Part shown: positions 54,748-64,000 of the stretch, piece after piece | How the letters are laid out: every line of letters begins with the position of its first letter | How positions within the stretch are numbered: the stretch's first letter is position 1 | From: Octopus bimaculoides | Lineage: Eukaryota | Length of the DNA: 64,000 nucleotides | Direction: 5' to 3' | Assembly: GCF_001194135.2 (NCBI RefSeq) | Contig: NC_069001.1 | Span: 22,437,613 to 22,501,612 of the forward strand | Notes under the pieces: model-generated | What the model was told of the DNA's origin: nothing | Database searches by the model: none | The model's input: the letters and a program-made list of their open reading frames with translations, nothing else | Position numbers and translations under genes: made by a program

Positions 54748-54802
<55 letters not shown>

Positions 54803-54804
54803 GT

Positions 54805-55400
54805 ATATCCTCTTTGGTCACAAATGACTATAGGATTGCACTTAGAAATTTCTCTTCTGAGGCACAAGGTTGCTTGTGGTAGACCAGCAGTCACACATGC
54901 ATACCACCCTCCCCTCTCCATGCCACAGATGTTGTCCGAAAGAAAAGTTGATACAGCTAGGCACCAGTGACATTATAACTCATCTCTACAGCTGAGTAAA
55001 CTGGAGCAATGTGAAATAAAATATCTTGCTGAAGAACACAATTCACAGCCTGGACCAAGAATTGAGCTCACAACCTCACATCTGTAAGCCCGATACCCTA
55101 ACCACTGAGCCATATACATGTGTGTGTGTGTGTGTGTTAGTGACGGTCCGTGGCTTAGTGGTCAGTGTTTGTTTCATGACCGTAAGGTTGTGATTTCACA
55201 AACCGTTGGTGCATTGTCTTTGAGCAAGACACCTTTATTTCATATCGCCCCAGTTCGACCAGCTGGCAAATGGGAGTTGTACCCGTAATTCACAGGGGCC
55301 AACCTTGTCACACTCTGTGTCATGCTGAGTCTCCTCGAGAACTACGTTAATATCACGTGCAGGCTGTTGTGTTGAACAGATGAACTGGAATGCTCCACCA
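54805..55400. mobile_element. Divergent pair of V/Meta-domain-like tRNA SINEs (54805-55112 minus, 55142-55400 plus); related copy ~49830-50075 minus
   Basis: A-box-like TGGCTCAGTGGTTAG / TGGCTTAGTGGTCAG; core TGAGCAAGACAC..TTTATTTCA..GC.CCAGTT. Confidence 0.6.
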
Positions 55401-55507
55401 TAAGCGTTAGCCTACCAGTTGTGTGTGTGTATGTGTGTATGTGTGTATGTGTGTGTATGAGAGAGAGGAAAAAAGAGAGAAAGAAAGAAAGAGAGAAGGA
55501 AAGAGAG

Positions 55508-55568
<61 letters not shown>

Positions 55569-56564
55569 GACACAAGTTTATATCATTTGTTTTCGTATAT
55601 GTTTTGCCATTGTGGTTGTTTGGAACGTTTACATTGGATGTTCTAAGTCTTATATGATGTTTAACAACAACGGATCATCAGGGGAACAGTTTATTGCATT
55701 AAGTTGCAGGGGACTAATTTGGATAAATGGCATTTATAATTTGGAGAGGGAATTAGATAGAAAGCAAAAAGCAGAAAGACGAAAGACAAGAATGGTTGTC
55801 TAATTCAGTTTTTCCTTCTTTCATTCTTTCTTTATCTTTCCTTCTTTCTTTTTTTCTTCCTTTTTTCTGTCTTTTTCTTTTTTCTGTCTTTTTCTTTTTT
55901 CTGTCTTTCTCCCTTTCTTTCTTTTTTTCTTTCTTTCTTCTATTCCCTCTCTTTTCTTTCTCTCCTTTTGCTTCCTGCAGTCTAATGACTGAAACAAGTA
56001 AATAATAAAAAATAAAGATATATATATATTTATCAACACGTTGAATAATTTTTAGTAGAATAACTCAACGCCAGTACTTACTGTTTTTAAGCCTGGCACT
56101 TATTCTATCATCCCTTTTGCCAAACTGCTTACAAGGAGATAAATACTACAACACCAGTTATCAAGCAGTAGCTGGGGCAGAAAGACACACCCATATANNN
56201 NNNNNNNNNNNNNNNNNNNNNNNNNNNNNNNNNNNNNNNNNNNNNNNNNNNNNNNNNNNNNNNNNNNNNNNNNNNNNNNNNNNNNNNNNNNNNNNNNNNN
56301 NNNNNNNNNNNNNNNNNNNNNNNNNNNNNNNNNNNNNNNNNNNNNNNNNNNNNNNNNNNNNNNNNNNNNNNNNNNNNNNNNNNNNNNNNNNNNNNNNNNN
56401 NNNNNNNNNNNNNNNNNNNNNNNNNNNNNNNNNNNNNNNNNNNNNNNNNNNNNNNNNNNNNNNNNNNNNNNNNNNNNNNNNNNNNNNNNNNNNNNNNNNN
56501 NNNNNNNNNNNNNNNNNNNNNNNNNNNNNNNNNNNNNNNNNNNNNNNNNNNNNNNNNNNNNNNN

Positions 56565-56605
<41 letters not shown>

Positions 56606-57211
56606 GAAGGAAATAAGTAACAAGGATGTCAAGATATTAGTGCATTATGGCCATTTCAGGCAGCTCCATTTAATCAAACAATGCAAGCATTACATCGATT
56701 TGAAATACACCACCATCTTTGGATGCATAAGGCCATATAGGTTTTCAACATACAGGAGACTCCATTATAATTTTTTTAGCAAATTTTTCATCAGAACAAG
56801 GGAATAGAAGAATTACATACTTTTTGCTACTATTGTAGCAGAAATAACTTAAAGAGAAAATGACCGAACTATAATTTGGAGTCGCAGAAGAGAATAACAA
56901 TGGGGTGGGGGCCATGAGATGGTAATATAGCTACATTTATCTATCTCCTTATCACCATCAAAAGATCTAAAGTAGCTAGGATACTACAGCCACTAAGAAT
57001 TAAAACCACTGAGAATTGACTGTTAAGGTTTAGCTGTTGATGATAAATTAATTACTGTCAGAAACTCCCCCAAACACCTAATTTACTATGGCTGTAAATT
57101 CGCTATGACATTTTATTCAACTTACTTTGAGCTGCGCGGATAATAACCGGACTGACGTGGTGCCTCAACTTAAGTACCTAATTCAAGTGAATGTTAATTA
57201 TTTCTTATATA

Positions 57212-57478
57212 TATACATGTCGTTGGTATGATGCAAATATGTCATAAGTCCAAAAACGTTGCTTTTTCAGAAAAATGGGAAAATAGTTGCACCATTCCAT
57301 AGCAAAACCGTTGTACTGCACCTTGATAATTTTTGATATCTTGACATCTGAAGCATCTGGAGATACGATAGTTTGACTAAAAGAACCGTCTATTGCAAGT
57401 AAAAATGAATATTGAAAAAACGACACATGTGGTCAAATTTCGACATACGACAGTTTAACATAATAGCAACGATATATA
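57212..57478. mobile_element. Putative MITE with ~40-bp imperfect TIRs
   Basis: TACATGTCGTTGGTATGATGCAAATATGTCATAAGTCCAAA vs reverse complement TATATATCGTTGCTATTATGTTAAACTGTCGTATGTCGAAA. Confidence 0.45.
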
Positions 57479-57491
57479 TATATGTGTGTGT

Positions 57492-57525
<34 letters not shown>

Positions 57526-58529
57526 NNNNNNNNNNNNNNNNNNNNNNNNNNNNNNNNNNNNNNNNNNNNNNNNNNNNNNNNNNNNNNNNNNNNNNNNNNN
57601 NNNNNNNNNNNNNNNNNNNNNNNNNNNNNNNNNNNNNNNNNNNNNNNNNNNNNNNNNNNNNNNNNNNNNNNNNNNNNNNNNNNNNNNNNNNNNNNNNNNN
57701 NNNNNNNNNNNNNNNNNNNNNNNNNNNNNNNNNNNNNNNNNNNNNNNNNNNNNNNNNNNNNNNNNNNNNNNNNNNNNNNNNNNNNNNNNNNNNNNNNNNN
57801 NNNNNNNNNNNNNNNNNNNNNNNNNNNNNNNNNNNNNNNNNNNNNNNNNNNNNNNNNNNNNNNNNNNNNNNNNNNNNNNNNNNNNNNNNNNNNNNNNNNN
57901 NNNNNNNNNNNNNNNNNNNNNNNNNNNNNNNNNNNNNNNNNNNNNNNNNNNNNNNNNNNNNNNNNNNNNNNNNNNNNNNNNNNNNNNNNNNNNNNNNNNN
58001 NNNNNNNNNNNNNNNNNNNNNNNNNNNNNNNNNNNNNNNNNNNNNNNNNNNNNNNNNNNNNNNNNNNNNNNNNNNNNNNNNNNNNNNNNNNNNNNNNNNN
58101 NNNNNNNNNNNNNNNNNNNNNNNNNNNNNNNNNNNNNNNNNNNNNNNNNNNNNNNNNNNNNNNNNNNNNNNNNNNNNNNNNNNNNNNNNNNNNNNNNNNN
58201 NNNNNNNNNNNNNNNNNNNNNNNNNNNNNNNNNNNNNNNNNNNNNNNNNNNNNNNNNNNNNNNNNNNNNNNNNNNNNNNNNNNNNNNNNNNNNNNNNNNN
58301 NNNNNNNNNNNNNNNNNNNNNNNNNNNNNNNNNNNNNNNNNNNNNNNNNNNNNNNNNNNNNNNNNNNNNNNNNNNNNNNNNNNNNNNNNNNNNNNNNNNN
58401 NNNNNNNNNNNNNNNNNNNNNNNNNNNNNNNNNNNNNNNNNNNNNNNNNNNNNNNNNNNNNNNNNNNNNNNNNNNNNNNNNNNNNNNNNNNNNNNNNNNN
58501 NNNNNNNNNNNNNNNNTATATACACACAC

Positions 58530-59120
58530 CCAGAACCACGCTAATAGCTTAGGAGTGAAAATTAAGATTTCTCGGTTTTCTGTGAATCGATTTTGATAAA
58601 ACTTTCCCAGCTGCTTTGCACACTATAGCAAGCAACACCATTGTTATGTTTAAATCATTCTGTGTAACGTCCTTTCTTTTTTATTTCAGATTCTTCACGT
58701 TTTGAGTGAACCACGCTAAAATCTTTTCAATGAAAATCGCCCATCTAGACATCTTTTGATGTAAATTGGTGTCCATCGGCATAAACACCTTGTTTAATGA
58801 TGGACCAAAAATTTTCGATAGGATTGAGATCTGGAGATGCTAGCGGTCACACCATCAACCTTCCCCCTTGTATGCCGTAAAATCCTAGGAATGTTTGGAT
58901 TGTCCTAGCAGAGTGGGTGGGAGCGCTGTCATGCATGAATATGAGATTCCTTAGAAGTGACAGAAGTATGACATCTAGGCAGGGATGGAGGTGTGTACCA
59001 CAGAATTGATCTCCTACCACTTTTATTAGGAAAATTTGGGGAAGTATGATTCCTTGTATATGCTAGGAGAGATACAGGATTTTATATAAGTATTCCTAGA
59101 TCTAGTATTATGCGTGTGGG
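58530..59120 (-). mobile_element. Tc1 (DD34E) transposase remnant
   Basis: Minus strand ~58740-58940: FMHDSAPTHSAR..LMV*PLASPDLNPIENFWSIIKQGVY..GHQF. Ends approximate. Confidence 0.75.
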
Positions 59121-59156
59121 TGCTAGGCGCACGCGAGGTTGTCTAACTATAGTGTG

Positions 59157-59641
59157 AGGGGTAAAATATAGGAAACCCAGTATACCCATCATGACTACCC
59201 ATCTGATAAGGATACACCAGGCACATGCATCACAACCATATGTGCGCGGCATGGTGATCTCATATCAAGATAAACAGTACATGACCTCGCAGGTGAAGCC
59301 TAGTTAGAATTTTATTCAGGTCGCGTAGCCCATTCTGCTCAAAAGGTCCCTGAATAAGGGATGTTGAATGAAACACCCATGTTTCCAAAGAATTCCTCTT
59401 AACACATGGCTAGGATGCTCTTCCACTGCTTCTGGTCCTGCTCAAAGATGCACATACTGTCACCCATCAGGGGGCATGCTCAACTGGTGAAGGTCAAGCA
59501 ACTGACAAGCAAATTCATGGTACTGAGCAGATTATTTGCTATTGCCCATCTTTTATACTAACACAAAACACAAGAAAACACTTCTAATCAATTAAGATGA
59601 AAAGCCATGAGAGCCAGTGCATGGTACTGCGTCTGGGCATG

Positions 59642-59704
<63 letters not shown>

Positions 59705-60276
59705 CATTATTATTATTATTATTATTGAGTGGAAGAGCAGTGCATTCCATCAAAGTGACACTGGGGTAAAATGTACGAAGCCCAGTATACCCATCATGAT
59801 TACCCGTCTGATAAGGGTACACCAGGCACATGCATCACAACCACATGTGCATGACATGGTGATCTCATATCAAAATTAACAGCACATTACCTAGCGGTTG
59901 GACCCAGTTCGAATTTTATTCAGATCGAGTAGCCTATCCCACTCGAAAAGTCCCTGAATAAGTATGTTGAAGTATGTTGAACGAAGCTCCCACGTTTCCA
60001 GAGGTGAATTATATAAATTCTATAGAATTCTTCTCGGCACATGCCTATGATGTTCCTCCACTACTTCTACTCGTGATCAGAGATGTACATATCGTCAGTC
60101 ACGAAGGAACATGTTTAACTGGCTCTGGAGAAACAACTGACAAGCAAATCTATGGTACTGAGCAAAATATTTGCTGTAACCCATCTTTTATACCAAAACA
60201 AAACAATGTACATAACACTTCCGATCAGTTAACATGAGAAGCCATGAGAAGCCACGAGAGCCAGTGTCTGGTACAT
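59157..60276. mobile_element. Two tandem copies (59157-59643 truncated, 59727-60276) of the (TTA)n-embedded ~550-bp element
   Basis: Homologous to 5926-6481 throughout; separated by (TTA)n 59643-59726 and followed by (TTA)n. Confidence 0.8.
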
Positions 60277-60530
60277 TATTATTATAATTATTATTATTAT
60301 TATAATTATAATTATTGTTATTATTATCATTATTATTATTATTATTAAGGCGGCGAAATGCTTAGTGGTACTTGGTCCATTGCTATGCTCTGAGTACAAA
60401 TTCCACCGAGGTTGACTTAGCCTTTCATCCTTTAAGGGTTGATAAATTAAGCACCAGTTGCGTACTGGGTCGATCTAATCGACTGGCCCCCTCCCCCAAA
60501 ATTTCGGGCCTTGTGCCTAGTGTAGAAAAG

Positions 60531-60587
<57 letters not shown>

Positions 60588-60589
60588 TC

Positions 60590-61710
60590 TATTATTTCCT
60601 TTTTTTTGTATTCATTCTTTTCACAACAATATTTTTTTTTTTTGTTTGTTTTCACATTTCATTTTCAACATCTCTTTCATCATTCCTAATGCACCTACTA
60701 TTACGAGGATTATTTCTGTTTTCAATCCACACATTTTGCTCATCTTTTTCTAGATGTTTATGATGGATATTTGGTTCAGTTCGTTTAAAGATATATTTTT
60801 GTCTGTTGAAAGTAATACATTGATTAGCAGATATAATTTTTTCCTGATGGTCTTTGAATATAATATCTGGGTGATTTACCTTAATCTATGTCTGCCTGTC
60901 TGAATTGACGTTTCAGACGGTATGGTCAGTGTCATTCTCTGAAAGCTTTTGTTGTTTCATTGTATGTACCACCCCTCTTTTCTGTTGTTATTCTATAATA
61001 TTGGAAACTATTCCAGTAAAAGCTCTAACTCACTCATTCCTGTGTATATATTTCCTTTTGATTAAGACTAGGCAGTCAGAAAGAAAGTGATTGATTGTTT
61101 CTTCACCACCTCCACATGTTCTGCAGTTAGTTTATATTCTGTTGCCTGATAAGTTTTTGGTAGTTTCTGCTAAGAAAGATTTGTTCTTTTACTGCAATAA
61201 AAGCCCTGTGTATATTCTTTATCAGTTTTCATTTTGTTGTTATCTATTATTGGCCATGCATAAGCTTTCTCACATTTTTACCATAATATTTTATAGTTCC
61301 ATTTGTAATTTACTTTATCATTTCTACTATTGTTTCTCTATTCTGTCTACAATTGTTTGTTACATGAATCTCCATTTATACACATCCGTTGGTTTTCCTG
61401 TTTTGTAACTAGTATACATTGTAGTAACTTTGCTTTATTTTCTACTATTTTTGTACTTCTAACGTAGTTATTGCATAAAGTTTTCTAGTTACAGAAAATC
61501 CTTTGCTACATTTGTATTTAATATTATCTTTCAGTAACAGCTTTTCAGTATAAGCACAGCATCATTTTCCTTGTTGACTTATCTAGTCATTCTAATTGAC
61601 TTAACTTATAGTTAAGAATATTATAATTATAAGTTGTTAGTGGAATTACTGATCCATTGTTACACCATTATCATATTTGACATTTAGCGATTTTAAGCAT
61701 CAATCTAATG
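60590..61710 (-). mobile_element. R4/Dong-clade RLE non-LTR retrotransposon, C-terminal ORF fragment, decayed
   Basis: Thumb region VIPLTTYNYNILNY..LE*LDKSTRK; CX2CX8HX4C finger CRTCGGGEETINHFLSDC (61072-61125); NHPDI (PD motif, 60862-60876); IVGALGMMK (~60690); 3' side abuts (AAT)n. Confidence 0.8.
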
Positions 61711-63650
61711 CTGTTATTCTCAAACTTTTTTCAGACTGCCACCCACTTGGAACCCAGACCATTTTCCTAGCGCCCCACCCCAACTTCCACACACACCGCC
61801 ACAAATATAACCCTTATTCTACTGCAAATCCAAAGCAACTGTATTTTACAAACAAAATTTAGTTAACCGATTATTTTGCTCTTTTTAAAGTAAGAGTAAA
61901 GAGTAAATTTACATCTCACCTGTAATGACGTTGTTATCATATTTTTAATGCAGTGGAGGTACATTGTGCAGGAATATCAGCTTCCCAACATCAGTGGGGA
62001 AGGTACTAAGAAGTAGTCTTAGATCCTTGCATTCAGTAATTTTCAGTCTGCTTCTTTGCTTAGAAAGAAGTTAGACAACTGCACTGAAGTCCCGCTCTAT
62101 AAATTTGATGTTGGAGAGGCAATGAAGTTCATCTTACTTTGTCCCATGGTGCAGACTAGCAGCCAGAAATGTCCTTTAGCAATCAAATACGTAGACATGA
62201 TTTTTTGAACTTTGGTCTCGGCTCTATATCATTTTAAAGTGAAACCAGTTCTTCCTTTACTATTCTTGTTTCCTCATTAGTGATATCTAGGAAACACCTA
62301 GACTGATATTTTAAGCAAAAATATCCTGAAATCTGTCAGGCATGTCTTTTTTCAGCCCATCTAGGTGTGAACAACACACTTGAATGTCATCTTCCGGGAT
62401 GTGCTTTTCCTTCACTAATTCAGGGAAGCTCAGAAACTAGAAGAACTGACATCAGCTTATGGTACATTTGAATAACTTCAACTTGGACAGAGATGTGGAG
62501 AAGGCTGATTTTACTTTGATATGGTTCAGCCTAATCTCCTTGCAGTTGCAAATTAACTTCATTAAAATTTATGAATATATTTCCCATAGGCGCAGGAGTG
62601 GCTGTGGGGTAAGTAGCTTGCTTACCAACCACATGGTTCCGGGTTCAGTCCCACTGCGTGGCTCCTTGGGCAAGTGTCTTCTACTATAGTCTCGGGCCAA
62701 CCAAAGCCTTGTGAGTGAATTTGGTAGACGGAAACTGAAACAAGCTCGTCGTATATATGTATATATATATATATGTATGTGTGTTTGTATGTCTGTGTTT
62801 GTCCCCCCACCATCGCTTGACAACCGATGCTGGTGTGTTTACGTCCCCGTAACTTAGCGGTTCGGCAAAAAAGAGACCGATAAAATAAGTACTAGGCTTA
62901 CAAAGAATAAGTCCTGGGGTCGATCTTTTCGACTACAGGCAGTGCTCCTGCATGGCTGCAGTCAAGTGACTGAAACAAGTAAAAGAGTAAGAGTAAAGAG
63001 TATATAAGCAATGTTATGATTGATGTTTCTTTGTTCATCACAAGCAATAGAATAAGAGTTTTGCAAGAATTCAGCAACTGTTTTAAATAAAGAATAGAAA
63101 CTTTCTTGTAGATTCCTTTTAATGGCCACTGAACTTTTGTGTACAACAACAAATGTTCAAAATCTATATGATTCTAAGTACAGAGCTGTTGAAAATGTTG
63201 GGAATAGTGAGCTTGTGCCTTGATTTTATTTACTGCTGTGATGACAGATTTCAACAATTTGTTAGGTTTCCCATTTAGGTTATTAGCAACAAGATGTTGC
63301 CTGTGGATTACACAGTGTACTGTAAACACACAAGGTATAACTTTTTCAATAAAGTGTCATCTATTGCACCAACAAGAAATACTGTCTCCTATGTTGTATC
63401 TGTTTTTAGTTGTCTTACAAATAGTCGCTCTTGAACTAAACGTTAATATTTGATGAAGCAAACGTGGTAGAAACATACTATTATTGCTTCGTAAAAGGGA
63501 CTCTCTTCCCTGTAAGCTAAATTTGGTTGTTAAAAGTATGTTACACATTATATCTTCAATGTCAAAGTATTCCTACTTTCAAACACTTTTAATATGCATT
63601 TCTAAAGAAAAGAAATTTTGTACTTCCACCTCTTCATATTAATATTTACG
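61711..63650 (-). mobile_element. hAT transposon (Charlie/SCAND3-like transposase remnant), interrupted by a SINE at 62589-63000
   Basis: VHCVIHRQHLVA..AVNKIKA..LLLYTKVQWPLKG; C-terminal dimerisation region FIASPTS..RDFSAV..LLSKQRSRLKITECKDLRLLLS; TIR-like CTGTTATTCTCAAACTTTTTT at 61711. The other end was not found. Confidence 0.8.
62589..63000 (+). mobile_element. Full-length tRNA-derived SINE (octopus OK-like) with internal TA/TG microsatellite
   Basis: A box TGGCTGTGGGGTAAG, B box GGTTCAGTCCC, CCTTGGGCAAGTGTCTT core, (GTAAAAGA)n tail. Other copies: ~1978-2138(+), 7683-8010(-), 8130-8690(+), 13472-13860(+), 20040-20225(+), 23680-24065(-), 26006-26365(-), 44505-44585(-), 46570-46735(-), 48670-49050(-), 51725-52130(+), 56070-56190(-). 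Confidence 0.9.
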
Positions 63651-64000
63651 ATAAAATTCTGAGAAAAAGTAAAAAAAAAAAAAAAAAGATAGCGGTTAGT
63701 GTTCTGAAGGAATGATGAGGGGAGGGACGGGTAGATGTTTAAAGATGCATGAATTAAAACGATTTAAAGAAAGTCCACCCACTAATGTTTTTAAATGTGG
63801 AAAATCTCAAGGAAACCTTCCTGAAATTCCAATAAGACAGTTATTCTGAATGTTCAACGGACATAAATGAAAAATAAAAAAATTAATAATGATAGAGTTT
63901 CTAAAACATAGATTTGAAAAAATTGTGGGAAACACCAAAACACACACAAAAAAAAAATCTGGCTGGTTAAATGGTAAGCTCCAGTTGGAATTCCACTAGG

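Noticed and set aside
62589-62660. tRNA gene-like A/B boxes here and at many other sites
   Set aside because: No cloverleaf; each continues into a SINE body, so these are SINE heads.

Overview
Animal (not prokaryotic) genomic DNA from a gapped draft assembly: 12 N-runs, most at microsatellites. It is AT-rich and almost entirely transposable-element debris and simple repeats. The tRNA-derived SINE families resemble the octopus OK/OR types, so a coleoid cephalopod (probably Octopus) is inferred, not proven. No intact host protein-coding gene, true tRNA/rRNA gene or CRISPR array could be supported. Recognisable elements: an internally deleted Helitron with both termini (2.2-6.7 kb); five decayed Tc1/mariner-family transposase remnants plus a sixth Tc1 fragment near 58.8 kb; a Ty3/Gypsy RNaseH-integrase remnant with PPT; an RRM+CCHC ORF1-like LINE derivative without ORF2; an RTE 3' end; an R4/Dong-type RLE retrotransposon fragment interrupted by a hAT (Charlie/SCAND3-like) element; several MITEs; about 25 SINE copies. 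Best leads: (1) a 1.45-kb cassette with convergent SAP and THAP ORFs, each about 30 nt downstream of the same 15-nt inverted motif; (2) type I hammerhead-ribozyme folds in short (TA)n-embedded elements; (3) an ORF1-only element ending in an array of hairpins with a compensatory base pair; (4) a ~550-bp element found inside (AAT)n arrays beside an R4/Dong fragment. Family names come from motif recognition by eye; no database searches were run.
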